From NCBI RefSeq assembly GCF_964194025.1, contig NC_134470.1:36580001-36644000 (forward strand): 64,000 nt of DNA. The letters run 5' to 3'. Below are positions 1 through 13,402 of the stretch, piece by piece; position 1 is the stretch's first letter; every line of letters begins with the position of its first letter. The notes beneath the pieces were generated by a model. That model was not told where the DNA came from, did no database searches, and was given only the letters and a program-made list of their open reading frames with translations. Both the position numbers and the translations under genes were made by a program. Origin of the DNA: Convolutriloba macropyga. Taxonomy: Eukaryota.

Positions 1-421
1 TAGCTTTAACAATACTTTGACTCATGCTCAGTTTGTCTTCAGCGAACATCAACGCATAAGTGAGATTTAACAGCGGCTTATCCGGTTTAGACCGGCTGAC
101 CGAGTCTGGACAAACTTTGTCAATCAAGTTGGCCAGATTGTGGTTGTTCGCGAATACCGATTGTAATTCATCCTTTTCTGGATTTAGTTTACACTCCGGC
201 ATCATTTCAACAATCCAGTCCATGAGCCATAGTTTGCCGTATGCCAGACATTTTTCTTCTGGTTCCAACTCGCAGTCGCATATGCAGAAATGGAGCATGA
301 GAAGCCAGAGGATGTCAAGAATAGCAGTTTCTTCTGCCTTCATGATCTCTTCTGATGAGACGTCAACCTCAGCTCCCTCGCAGCGTAAGTAGTCGAATAG
401 ACCCTCGATAACTTCCCTCGC
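1..421 (-). CDS. Coding exon 3 (runs off window) of a tandem calponin-homology (CH1-CH2) actin-binding-domain protein
   Basis: Acceptor tacgtttAG at 423-422, then an open phase-0 frame to the window edge: AREVIEGLFDYLRCEGAEVDVSSEEIMKAEETAILDILWLLMLHFCICDCELEPEEKCLAYGKLWLMDWIVEMMPECKLNPEKDELQSVFANNHNLANLIDKVCPDSV...LNLTYALMFAEDKLSMSQSIVKA. SSEEIMKAEETAILDILWLLMLHF resembles the CH1 C-terminal helix (filamin-type [24 protein letters not shown]), and GKLWLMDWI resembles the start of CH2. Absent from the ORF track because it has no stop within the window. Confidence 0.85.
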
Positions 422-925
422 CTAAACGTAGAATATCGTCTACCAATGAAGTGTTCTGTCCAGTATTCAGAAGTTTGAAAACATAGCCGGCAGATTACCG
501 GAATAGCTGCGAAAGTATTGACCTGCGTGCCGTACAATAGAGACAGATCTAAATTGACAAAAAAATCGACGCCGCTCAAAAAGCTAGGTAAAAAACATTC
601 AGCGATAAATTAATAAAGCTTGTTAAAATTCATTCCGAAGAAGCCTTTTACTAAGAACCTTCACTGCACATATGAGTTCCTTTGACCTTAAACAAATTCA
701 AATTAAACTTAAGTTTTAAAGCGTAAAAGCCATTTTATTGAGTGAGGCAAGTCACTTGTGATCAAAATCTAATCACGCAAAAAACTTTTGCCAAAGAGAG
801 TGAGAAATGACGTCACGCGTGCAAACGCCGTTAGTGAGGGGAAGAAGTCATTCAGAAAATTTGACTTTTTCAGCTTTGCTGTGTGAACAAATGTAAAACG
901 AAAAAGAGCGTCAGACGACGAAACA

Positions 926-1332
926 AAAAACATAGCAGGACAAGTCCTGACGTACAATTGAAAGAATTTTCATTGACTAAACAAAAAACTAGACCTAGAA
1001 CGGACTAAAAATGGATTGGAAAAACCATTTAGAAAAAAATCTGATCCAAAAAATTGAAAAACCAAAAATCAAAGTGAAATTGCCGCATGGTAACAAAAAA
1101 CCAAAAAACCACTAACGATAAAGCGAATTTTTGTTCAAACACCGTATTCTCACTCTGCTTTAAAATTAGAGCAAAAAAATTTCACGCCGCAAAACCACTC
1201 GCTTTATCGCTCCATTTCCTGTTTCGGCGTGACCAAAATCACTACTCCAATTTGAATTCAAAAATCAATAAATTGTGTGAACAGATCTTAAAAAAAGACA
1301 GCGCCCCAATACAATTAAATTCTTTGAATTTT
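926..1332 (-). mobile_element. Non-autonomous Helentron/Helitron2-like element (HINE), family C; a second copy follows head-to-tail at 1334-~1850
   Basis: Left hairpin caggac-aa-gtcctg (936-949), subterminal IR aattgaaagaatt (956-968), matching terminal IR aattctttgaatt (1318-1330). Further copies or fragments at ~9330-9470, ~11122, ~14380-14440, ~15670, ~16985-17205 and 43962-44496. Confidence 0.65.
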
Positions 1333-3306
1333 AAAAACATAGCAGGACAAGTCCTGACGTACAATTCAAAGAATTCTCATTGACTAAACAGAAAAACTAG
1401 ACATAGAATGGACTATGAGTGAATTGAGAAAACCATTTTTAACACAAATCAGATTTAAAAAAAAAACAGAAAATCAATGTCGAAATGCCGCATGTGAACA
1501 AAACCACTAGCGAGAAATGAAAATTTAATTCAAACAAAAAACTAGGCCTAGAATGAGCTGTGAATGGATTGGAAATACCATTTAGAAAATCCGATCCAAA
1601 AAATTGAAAAAACAAAAAAAATCAGACTGCAATTGCCGCATGTGAACAAAAAACCAATACCGAGAAAACGAATTTTTGTTCAAACACCGTTTTCTCACTC
1701 TACTTTAAAATTAGAGCAAAAAAATTTCGCGCCGCAAAACCACTCGCTTTTTCGCTCCATTTCCTGTTTCGGCGTGGCCAAAATCACTATTCCAATTTGA
1801 CTTCAGAAATCATGAAAATGTGTGAACAGATCTTTAAAAAATAGCGTACCCAGATGCTCGCAAAACAATAGGCAAGTCATAATAGGTTAAGAAACTTGTC
1901 TAAAGAACAGAAAAAAAACGAAAAACTGAAAAATTCAGAAAATTAGTTCCAACTTTCGACATTTTTTGTCATATTTCTCAACAAAAAATGCTTCATATCC
2001 ACAAAACTTTAACCACGTGTTAACTAAAAATTGCTCAAGTAATAGGGGTATCTTCAATACCCATTTGAGGCAGTAAAACAAATGGTAAAAAAATTGTAAA
2101 AATTAGCCCAAAAATCAGCAAAATACATGAAAAACATCCCAATTAGCATAAAATTCATAAAAATTTTCAGAAACCTTCAAACCACTACCAAAACCAGCCT
2201 AAAACTAAAACAAAATCATAACAAAACCTCTTAACCAAAAAAAATTGAGAAAAAAACTGCTTTAAAATGCCGCACGTGAACAAAAAATTTCGCTCGCTTA
2301 CAGAATTTTTTTTCACACCTCAATTTCTCGTTAAGCACTCTTTATTCTTGAATGTTCTTCTGAAACAAAAAAACGGAGGTGTTAAGCTTGCCACGATCAT
2401 ACCGATACAGTTTTGAGAACAAAAAAGTTGGTACACGCTAAGGGTTTATGAGAATTGGCGTCCAAAATTTTGGAAAGATATTTAAACTTCTTAAATGGCT
2501 TTGTATTCAGTCGCCAGGCCTGCCAACCCTAAAATTAATCAAAAACTAACATAACAGTAAAAACCAAGTAAATTGTCGCACGTGAACAAACAATCACTGG
2601 CTAGCAACAGGGCGTGCATTAGTGGGGGTTCAAGCGTTGGGAGGTCAAACGATGGAAGATGAGTTAGTTTGGGAGGGCTAGAAGGGGGGGGGGGGACGGG
2701 TGACTGATGGGTGGGGGGTGTCGACTGCGAGGGAGGGGTAACTAAGGAGCGACTAACGAGGGGCTCCAACTCTTAAGATTAAGAACCATGTATTTATGCC
2801 TCCACAAAGAAATTCAGGTGAATTGCAAATTTATAGACCAGTAAGGCGAGAGGCTCTAAGAGAGCTGCTCAGCCACTTGGGTTAGGGTTAGGGTTATGAC
2901 CTCCGGGCTTTACTTGTTTATCCAGTTTTCGAGGACAAAAAGTTCAAAAAGCGTCAGGCGACAATTCAGGCCGGCGCAAAATTGCATTGAAAAAGACCAT
3001 CGGACTTCTATAATCACTACATACACGACTTGAGGTCTGTTTTAGAAAAGCTGAAATACTCTTCCAAAGAGTTGGATCAACAGGCTTTTTTTCCAGTGTC
3101 GAAAAATACTCTCATTTGGCGTGCAGTTTCAGTTAGGTTCTAAAAATATACTTAATTCAGCTTCCAAACTGAAAGCTATAAATAAAGCTTGATGTCAGCT
3201 ATCAATAGCTCTAATAAATTTAGATAACCTAATGCACAATGACTTAATGCCTGGGCTTTATCGGTTTATCCCAACTTTTTTGAGTTTGCTCTTTTGAGTT
3301 CGCTCA

Positions 3307-3603
3307 ACTAACGTCGGGCGAATTGCTCTCAAACGACCGTCGAGATGTCGCCTTCAGTAGTAGCTAGCTGGGGCTCACTTAGTCTCAACAGTAGCCGTGA
3401 ATCGCATACTTAGAGACTAGAAAGGCGGAAGGCTCTACGAGAGAGCTGTTCGGCCACTTTATGCTCTTCGGGCTTTACCTGTTTATCCTGTTTTTGAGGA
3501 CGGAAAGTTAAAAGCGTCGGACGAACATTCGGTCAAGCGAAAATCTGATAAAAAGACCGCAAGACAATAAAAATAGCTACAAACGTCGTTTGCATGCAGT
3601 TAA
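3307..3603 (-). mobile_element. HINE family A, short internally deleted copy
   Basis: Left end actaacgtcgggcgaattgctctcaaacga. Right end with conserved ctacctgtttatcc...gaggacg...aaagacc block and a degenerate terminal IR tcgtttgcatgcagtt. Confidence 0.6.
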
Positions 3604-3980
3604 TAACAAAAACGGGGAGGCAAGCATTTTGCATGAAATGACACACATTTACAACCATTGCTTAAAAGTTCTCTGAAGAGCAATGAAAAGTTATTTTAGG
3701 TTTTTGAAATATCTAAGTGTTTGAATTTTTAAGCAGTGTAACAGTTTTTGACTGTGACAGATAGCTATGCTGCGCCCAAGTTGCCGCAGTATTTTGTAGT
3801 TGCTAGATATCTGTAAAGGCAGTACAAAGCTCAAAGTTGATGAAGGAAACATTTCCAAAATTTATTCATGTTATCAACAAACGCCTATTCACGCGGCCGT
3901 TATAAAGACTTATAAACACTCCAATTTTTTTTTACATTTTTGACTTTCTATTTCATCAAGCAAAAGCAATGGTTAACTAC

Positions 3981-4145
3981 CTCTTCTGTGGTTTGTTTAG
4001 AGCTGGAATTCCACTTGGGTGTGAGGCTGGACTTAGTGAGAATGTCAGCAAGTAGGCAAAGCAGACGACCATCTTGGAAATCGGCCAGACTGCTCGCACT
4101 CTCCCGTTCCTCACGCAGTACTGTGTTAGCCCAACCAAGGTACAC
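3981..4145 (-). CDS. Coding exon 2 of the CH-domain protein (CH1 N-terminal part)
   Basis: Acceptor tctttggacAG (4147-4146), donor GTagtt (3980-3975). 165 nt, phase 0/0: VYLGWANTVLREERESASSLADFQDGRLLCLLADILTKSSLTPKWNSSSKQTTEE, matching the CH pattern xFxxWxNxxL...LxDGxxLxxLxxxL. Joins in frame to the exon at 421. Confidence 0.85.
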
Positions 4146-7100
4146 CTGTCCAAAGAACAGCCATTATTGAAATTCCCTATTGTTATCGGCCAAATCATGG
4201 AAGAGGCGTTAAAAGCTAGAAACATATGCAAAAACCCTAATCCCAATGTGCTATAAAACAATTGATTCAGAACTCTACTTAACGGCAAGGAAACATCGTT
4301 TAGAGAATGGATGTCTCAGATTTCACTCCGTGTCCAAGACGTTACAGTTTATGTTCATATCCAAGATATTTTCCATTTAATTACTCTCTAATTAAACTGC
4401 CATTAACAATATCTATGAAGACAATGCAAGGACAATGCAACTGGCTTCTATTAATGTTAACGAGACAACAAGAAAAGTGGAGCACATAATTTTTTAACTT
4501 TTTTAATTTCAGAAGGAGCACGTTATAGTACAAAGCCATAAGAGGTCAAACTTAAGAATCTTTTTATAGCTGGGGATATAGTTTTTTTCTACGTCAAATT
4601 AACTCAAATATAGAAGCGGTCAATTAACACGCCAATTTATTTCAAAATTGCAGCGTTTAATCATTCATATGATGTACTTGAAAAAAGTGTGACGCCATCA
4701 ATAGTGATTAGGCCGCTCGATTGAAAATTGGAACTAAAAGAAGCCTTTTGAGACTTTAAAACACTCCACGCGTGATCAAAACACTGCCAAACATCAACAC
4801 AAAGTGCGTTCCATTTACACTTTGCTTACTTTACAATATCAAAACAAATAATCAATCATGCCCAATTTGTAATCAACGTTGAAATAATTCAGGTATTGAA
4901 ATTGACTGTAAACAACAAAAGGATGATCGGTATTCACACAACTAATTGATGATCACTCAATATGGGAATTTGATTGTTTGATAATGATGAAAGTATTCGA
5001 TTGCAACCCGCAGGGGGACAGAAACGAGCCTTACCCTTTAGAGACTTGGAGCTAAAATAAAAATGTAACAATTTGGTTATAGCTAGAAAGAAGATAAGTA
5101 AGAGGATAAATAAGTGTTAAAGCCGATTCCATTAGCAGAAATTAAATGAACAAAATTGTAGACAAGCTGAACAAAACTCGATCATCGTACCACAATTTGC
5201 GGTGTGTGGAACCTCTTTATTCAATAATCGAATGATCACCAAGATACTTTTGTTTCGACCTCACCTTAGAAAAGGTAGGAATTTAGAGGTTCATTTTTGT
5301 TCAATCACTTTTCGCCGATTGAAAAATTCCACGAGGAAAAATTTGAGAGGTTATCACCAGAAGTTGATAAAATTTGTCTAGGAGAAAACGAAATACATTT
5401 CAACGTACTAAATTCGAAGCCAATTATTTTGAAGTGATTATCAACCACGTTGGCTGAATTCCTTTTTTGAAACAGCTAAATTTTAACTTCTATCATTGTC
5501 TAGCTAATTGTTCATGCTTTCCCATTTGACCGTGATTAATGGACAACCTCACTTCCATGAATCAATTCAAAAGTCAATATAATAATAATGAAGTCTGTGT
5601 ATTAGTATGGTTTTTTCACTTCCGTCTGTTTTAAGGAGATCCTTTAAAGGAGATTTCATTTTCTTTGAGGTTCATAGTAAAGTCGGGTATAATGGTGATA
5701 TAAAAAAAGTCACTTTCTACAATTTCAACTATTTTTACTATACTTGAGAAAAACTGTTCTCATATTTCATTCAATAGTCCATCAAGCGTAAATCTACGCA
5801 ATTTTGAAGGTCAATTACTTCAGGAAGAGATTCAGGTATTTATACGTTTGCAGAGAAATAGTTTACCTGGTTTTCTTAACAACAGTAGTTGAATAGTTGG
5901 AGCGCTTTCAGACGTTCAGTTTTCGCACAGTTATCGGTGATAATTTTCAAAGATTTTTAGCCTTTATGCCTAGAACAAACACCTAAAAACTCAAACCACT
6001 AAAAGAATTATAAAAAAACCACAATAAAGGGCCGATGAGACCAGCCAATAACGAAATTACGATAGAAGACAAACAACAAAATCAAATAAATAATAACAAA
6101 TATTAATTTCGACCAAAGCACGTAATAACAAACACAAAAAAGCAAAGACTAAACAAGGTAACTCGTACTTCAGTAGAAAAGATAAGGGAGCTGTCCTTAA
6201 TGAGATCAAGTCAGGTAACAGGTGGGCAAAAAGCAACAAAAAGGTCAAAATAAAGAAAACGCTTATTTGTTTTTGAAAACAATTAAATTCGAAGTTATGA
6301 AAACCGTTAGCTATCAACCAAAATCATTAAATAGATGCATTTACTTAGATGCAAGTACGTCAAACGACTACAAAGAACAAAACAACTCAAAAAGTCAACT
6401 AAATTTGGCAGAAAACGGTGTTGAAGCTGTTTCAAACATAAGAGATTCTCTAAAAACATTATATATGTTCAGTTGCACCTTGTTTTAACGCCATCAATGT
6501 CAGGTGTGACCAGTCATTAATTCTATTGCTGTTCGTCCATTGAAAACAAGTAATAGTTCCAAATTTTTGCTAAATAGATAATTTATCAAAAAAGGTCAAT
6601 ATCAAAAATAAACGATAAATTTTGGATAATTAACGAGTTAAATTAGCAAACAAACAAGCAGAGTTCAATTCCAGAACACTCTCATAGTAGATTGAAGTAA
6701 GCCAATCTAGTTTGAAAATTTTGTCGACAGTTCTTAGGTTTGTACTTCGACAAATTTAAACAAAGTGGACTTATCTTAAAGTTAAAAACCAACATCACTA
6801 TGAGCAACAACTTTAATAATTTTACCAAAATTGACAAATAAATTTTTGAAACTCGATAATTTGGGAAAAACGAAATTCAGAAAAATCGTTCTGATTGCAT
6901 ATTCTACCAAGGACGGGCTTTCTAATTATACGATGAATATATCGATCCGCCAAAATTAACTGAACTAAAAACCCAGTTGAGCACATAGTTCCTCCCCCAC
7001 TAAGGAGGGTGGGAACAAGGAATAAATTTGATCTTCAACTATGGTTAATTTTTCATTGGGAAGAGTGTAACAAATCTGTAAAACGAATCTCAACTATTGT

Positions 7101-7219
7101 GTCAAATATAAAAATAGCAGGTAGAATGCATGAAAATAAACAAAAAACGAGCAAAAATCTATTTGAGAGGGAATTAGAGAGAGGGAGAGGAAAAATCATT
7201 TTGAGAGGTAAATCACGAG

Positions 7220-7850
7220 TTGGGGGCAACGGTGGAATGGGGTATTCTGCTGCATGGGGCCATTACAGCCTGAAAGATGTGCAGGGGTAGGGGTTGGGGT
7301 GGGGGTGAAGTGGGGGCTGATGTCGGGGGGGGGGGGGTGCTCGGGGGGTCAACTTTTTAGAACGGCCCTTCACACCTTAAGTATAAGTCTCCAAAACGAT
7401 TTCTGTGAATCGCATACTTGGAAACTAGTGAGCTGAAAGGCTCTAAGAGACATTAATGCTCGCTGTGCGCTACCTGTTTATCCCGTTTTTGAAGACGAAA
7501 AGTCAAATGGGTCAGACAAAAAATCACATTAAAAAGACCAACAGGACTAATATAATTGCTACAAATTTCGTTTGAGAGCAATTAAAAACATGACCGATTA
7601 ACGGCCGGGCAAATTGTTCTCAACCGACTGGCGCGTAGTTTGCTTCGGTAGTAGCCAGCTTCGACGTAACGAGGCAAGCTGAAGCTTAAGAGTGGGGGAT
7701 GAAGAAAAGGGGGATGTATTAAAGTTTTTCTTTGGGGTACCGGACTGGGACGCGGGGGAGTGGAGTGCAGAGCCCGGGCGGCGGAGGGTGTACTGTAAGG
7801 TGGCCAAGGGGTGGGATTGACGGGGGGGGGGGGGGGGCTGGAGTTTGAAA
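7220..7850 (-). mobile_element. Two abutting HINE family A fragments (right end to 7585, next left end from ~7588), each with a G-rich tract
   Basis: tcgtttgagagcaatt at 7568-7583 is followed directly by a degenerate left end ccgattaacggccgggcaaattgttctcaaccga. Confidence 0.55.
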
Positions 7851-8459
7851 CGCGAAAAACTGCCCTTTACAACATTAATTTTGCCTTCTCAGCAGCTTCA
7901 GTGAATTGTAAACTTGAGATTAGCGTAATTCTTACCGGTGACCCCGTAAACATTTGATATATAAAAAAATTTGCTTCAAAATGACTCAACACCGCAAGGC
8001 TACTTAAATATTTCCAAAGATGACAAATACAAAAATCGAAATTTTTTGTGACCAATACTGTGACGTTCAACATTCATTGATTGCTGAATCAGAAAGTTTT
8101 TAAAGAAAAATATTGCTAAGTAACAGGAATAAGTAAACAAAACACTTAGCCTCAATTTGAAGCACACCTGTCATGCGCTTAATTTTTTCCAAGTTTGCCA
8201 TTAATATATAGTGCGTACTTATTTTTAAACAGTCATACAAAACAGGCAGCTAAAGTTGAATGAAAATCAGTTTCATGTAATCTTTTGAAGGAAACCTTGA
8301 GATTAAGTGACAAATTTCTTTTTAAAAACATTTGAATTATTTCAGGGGCTAATAAAAAAATGAAAATTTGCTTTCAACTACTATTTATGATCTTTGCTGC
8401 TCCTGGTTGCAAATTTTGGAAGCCAAAACCTCGAATGCAGTATTGAACGACAGATTTAA

Positions 8460-8939
8460 AAACATATCGGGCAGATTGCCGGAAAATAGCCGCCATTGAC
8501 TCCCCATAGCCCCGATTAGGATTGACAGAATCGAATAAACTGATTGATGCCCGAAATTTTAAAGTGCGAAATATTTTAATTTCTTTCCACTGTTAGACAT
8601 ACTCCTGCCTCTTATTGAAAGGATATACAAGGGCTAGTATGAAAACAAACAAGCATTAGAGATGGTAAGTAAGACTTATAAGAACAAAGTGCAAGTAGCG
8701 GGCATCTAAAATTGGTATCTACGCGTTTATTTTAGATTGCTTTGCTGAGCAAATGCTGTTTAAAAACACTTTGAGCAGAATGAGAGACGAATGAAACAAG
8801 TCTAGAGAAGTCAAAACGATTTCACGCAAAATGTCAAAAATGCGGCAAAATGAGAAAGCGAAACATATTTTTATTCGACAAAGTTAAAAAAAATTAATAG
8901 GTGCGCAATAATAGCTGCTAAGATGAGGGCAGCTGTTAA
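8460..8939 (-). mobile_element. HINE family E
   Basis: Left end aacata, hairpin ggca-gat-tgcc, IR aatagccgcc (8485-8494). Right-end hairpin aatagctgc-taagatgagg-gcagctgtt with IR ggcagctgtt (8928-8937). Related left ends at ~480 and ~15332, related right end at ~17218-17252. Confidence 0.5.
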
Positions 8940-11266
8940 TAGATAAATAAACTCACGCACGCCGAAAAAGAAAACTGCGGTAATGCGGTGAATAGAAGCA
9001 AAAAATTTCGATTTGACAAAATAACTGGGGGACTAATTTCTAAAACCCAAACGTGATAATTGCTAAATCATAATTCTATGACTTGTTCCATCTAAGGCTT
9101 CAATTATGCATCCTCCTCCAAAAAATGATATGAACGGTAAAATGGGAACATAAGTATTTCATTCCATCTAGATTGCCTGTTTTAAACAGTTAATAAAGAG
9201 GCGTAACTCAAAAATTTAAGAAACACTCTATAAGAAGAGCTTTAAACATAAACCGACTAATGTCGGAAGATTTGCTCTCGAACAACAGGCGGGTGGACCG
9301 ACCACATTTAGAAAAAATCCGGTCAAATAAAATAGCAAAATTTACAGTCAAATTGCCACTTGTGAACAAAAAAAGCTTTTTCGCTCTTGCTGCTTGGGCG
9401 CGACCAGAATAGCTGCTCCAATTTGAATTCAAAAAATCATGAAAATATGTGAACAATTGTAAAAAAAAACAGCCACGAAAATTCCGGAAGTGATTCGAGG
9501 GAAAAAATTGACCACACAAACTGACCTTATGAACATCCTACATAACAATACTGATCACTTTGAAACACTAATAGGAATATCAACCATGGAAAGCATCTGA
9601 GCAGAAAAATCGATAAATAATGTGATAAAAGTCTCTTCAGAAGATGAAACTCCAAACCACTAATGACAAAAGACCATGCGATACGGTTAGTTTTCATTAA
9701 AATTGATTCATTCAACGACTATCAATTCACAGAAAAAACAAAGAAAGAAACAAACATAAAAAAATCTCCAGAAAGTTAACAATAAAAATATCCACCGACT
9801 GCCAGAATGGTACTTACTAACCATTATTTTGAAAAGGTTTATTAGTTCTGCTCAAGCACTCACCTAACCAATACCTGGCGGAAATATATCAAACAACAAA
9901 AACGCAAAGAACGATAAAAAACACCAAAAAATTAGAAAATTATGATTTACGTGAAAGTGCCCTGTCTAGCCTCCAGTGGCACCTTTCAGAAATAAAACCT
10001 CAAAAACAGCACTAACGTAAAAAAGGCTATAGCGAGAAGCACCAAATCCGCACAAAAATAGGCGAAAAATTGATAAAAGATGAAATTCGGCCAAAATTTG
10101 AATTAAAGTAATCAATTATTTTAAACAATTATCAATATTCATTCAATTTTAAATCAAAATTATTCTCAGTTTACACGAAAGGCAGCAAAAAACTGAACAA
10201 CGAATTTAAACCATAGAACTCCACAACTGCTATAAAAATTTGAAGAACAAAAACTTGACTTCATAAAAAGCGTCCAAAACGGCAAATTGCCAAAAAAGAG
10301 CTCAAATTTAAATCTATAATTGATTATTTTCTTCGGATAGCCACAAATTCTTCAAAACGAGCTATTCTAAGTTCAGATAACTGAGACAAACAACCATAAC
10401 TGAAAAATTGGAGTTCAAATATAAAAAAACTGCCTCGAAAACGCCGCACGTGATGAACATTTGTTCGCTTAGAGAAAATCTTTTCCTCGCTCTCTCCAAA
10501 ATTCAACATGAACAGAAAAACAACCACACTCTCTTCTCTCTGATCTTCAGGTTTGTTCAGCAATAAGTACACTCCCGCATAATTACCGTTCAAAAAGAGC
10601 AGATTTCCGGAAATGACTCGAAAAGTCGTCTCAAAAATCTATCCTCTAAAAAAACTAATAAGTCATAAAACCCTCATTATTATATTATAATATATTTATT
10701 ATATTTGCTATTAAGTTATACGATAAAACCCTCAAAATTATAAATATTTGATGTCACTTCAAAATCTTAAAAATTACTTGAAATGAAAAAAACTAGAAAA
10801 GATGAACGAATATATATTACAAGTGCAGATAAGGAGAGGGAAAAATTCCATTAAGAAAATTAGTTTTGAAATGCTCGCGAAAAAACAGGCAAGCCATAAT
10901 AGGCTGGGAAACTTCGTAGGCAATATATGCCTAATTAATAAACATCGTTTCAAACTCCAGGTAAGGCAGTAAAACGAAACAATACTTAAGTCACGCATAC
11001 TTAAAAGCAGAACAAAAGACATCACGTACACAAATTTTAACTGCAAAGCAGTAGAAGTCACTAAAAGTCAATTCCAAGAAATCAGGTTGTAAGAAACATC
11101 GATGGAGACGACGAATTAAAAAAACATAGCAGGACAAGTCCTGAAAAACAATCCAAAAAATTGAATGAAAAACTTAGAAGCACTCCACCTGACCAGCAGA
11201 TCAGTTGAAGTGCCAAAACACATACAATATCTCAAAAAGTTGAGAAACAAACAATCAAACAAATTA

Positions 11267-11490
11267 AACATAACCGACTAACGTCGGGCGAATTGCTCTC
11301 AAACGACCGGCGAGCGGTTGGCTCCGTTAACAGCTAGCCACGGTTTAGTGTCGTAAGGGCGCTACCTCTTAATCCCGTTTCTGAATACGAAAGTCAAATG
11401 AGTCAGAGGAAAAATCGGCCAAGCGAAAAATTGCATAAAAGACAAACAAGATTAATATAATTGCTACAAATTGCTTTTGAGAGCAATTAA
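11267..11490 (-). mobile_element. HINE family A, minimal ~220-bp copy
   Basis: Both ends present: ccgac-taac-gtcgg hairpin with aattgctctcaaacga, and terminal tttgagagcaattaa. Confidence 0.65.
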
Positions 11491-11704
11491 CAATGGCTTC
11501 TTAAAAGTGCCTGTTAGATCAATTATGACAAAAAACATTTAAACTATAACTCATTGATAATGAGGATCAGAGATGGTGACATTACGCCACATAACAGCAG
11601 CTGAAGTCCGGAATCAACAAAAAGAGAGAGATAAAACGTGAACGATAAAGAGAAGGAAAAAAACCCCAACCGAAAGAGAGAAATGGAGACATGAGTATCT
11701 TCTG

Positions 11705-13402
11705 TGATTGGATTCGACACTGCAACTTCTAGATTTCTAACCTTGAATCTATAAATAAATCATATAGAAAAAAACTGAAAAAGGTAAAATTTAAAAAAAA
11801 AATTGAACTCGGCAATAAAAAAATCAAAACCATTTTTTGTTTCGAAAGTTCTGTCAAGTAACCCATCTCAGAGACTTGAAAAGTTTCGTTGGCCAGTAAT
11901 GATCGTTAAACTCAGAAAAGGACAATATTGAAAAAATTTAAAAATCGCAAATTTTAACAAAATCTTGCTAAAATTCAAAACATTAATATCTTGAGAACCA
12001 TTTCATTGCCTCAAGAGACTATCCAGTATCCCTGTTTTAAGCCTGAAATATTTTCACTGGCTCATAGCGATCCATACGCTTGGAACATGAAAATTTGAAA
12101 AGTTTAAATTTTATTACTTTAAAACTGAAAGTTTAAAAGTTTTAAATACTACTAAAACTAAAGTCTAAAAACTAATGATCACAATCCCATTAGCTCTAGA
12201 AACTATGCAGAAGCTTATTATCAAACCTTGGAGGAGGTCCCATGGCCTCTGTTGCCGGAAAAAATTCAAAAATATGAAAAAATTGCAAAATTTTTTAAAA
12301 ATTGCTTAAATTCGTGATATCAAAATCTCCAAGAAAATTCCATTTCACCTATAAATTATGCAGTAAAATATTATCAAACCCTAACGGAGGCTTTTTTGAC
12401 CCTTGAGGCTCAAAAAAAACCTGAATAATGACTATAAATGTTAAAAAATTGGAAAAAAAATGGAAAAAAATATCAAAAATATGCTAAAATTCGTGATGTT
12501 AAAATATTGCAAGACATTCCATTTAATCTAAAAATTAGTCACAAACATATTTGCAAAGCCTAGAGGAGGTTACTTGGCTCTTAAGGCTGAAAAAATCTAA
12601 AACGACAAAAAATTTCAAAAAAACGTGAAAAAAAAGCAAGTTTTTATCAAAAAATTGCTATAATTTGTGATATTAAAAAGTTGAAAAACTATTCCATTAC
12701 CATTAAAAATTTGTCAGTAATTTATTATCAAACCTCATAGGATTTTTTTCTGGCCCCTGGGTCTTGAAAGACCTGAATAAGGGAAAAAAATGTCAAAAAA
12801 TTTGAAAAATTGCACGTTTTATCAAAAAAAATGCTGAAATTCGTGATGGTAAAATGTTGAAACCATTAAATAACCACCAGAAACTACGCAGTAACCTATT
12901 TGTAAAACATAAAGGAGGTTCCTTGACACCCAGGGCTGATAAAAATAAAAAAATGTCAAAATTTTCAAAAAGCTTGAAAAAAATTGCAAAATAGTATAAA
13001 TTTGCGTTTTTAGCAAGCGGTTGTTCATCAGTAGCTAGCCACGGGAGGGGGGCTACACCCGGGGCTGATTTGGGGGGGGGGCAACACTGGGGTGGAGGGC
13101 AACAGCGCGGTGGTGGGGGGTGGGGGCAAGAGGGGGGGAGTCAACATTGGGGGTGTCTTCAACCTCTAAGAACCGCCCTTCACACCATAAGTATAAGTAT
13201 GAGTTTCCAAAACAGTTTGAGCTGAAACAGAGTTGAAAGGCTCTAAGAGCACTTAATGCCCGCTGGGCGCTACCTGTTTATCCCGTTTTTGAGGACGAAA
13301 AGTCAAAAGCGTCAGACGAAAAATCGGTCAAGCGAAAAATCGCATAAAAAAAGACCGACAGGACTAATATAATTGCTACAAACTTCGTTTGAGAGCAATT
13401 AA
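11705..13402 (-). mobile_element. HINE family A, long copy lacking its left terminus; internal 155-180 bp tandem array and G-tract
   Basis: Colinear with 17694-19455. Terminal IR tcgtttgagagcaatt at 13385-13400. More array units follow at ~13430-14090. Confidence 0.7.

Noticed and set aside
60-392. 110-aa plus-strand ORF
   Set aside because: Antisense shadow of the minus-strand CH exon; no recognisable features.
2877-2896. TTAGGG-like telomeric repeat (ttgggttagggttagggtta)
   Set aside because: Only about 3 units, inside a family A-related element; too short to call an interstitial telomere.
6028-6060. ccgatgag...cgaaa, hammerhead-like
   Set aside because: The core reads CCGAUGA, there is no paired stem II, and it is a variant of the common ccaatgggacctgtc repeat unit.
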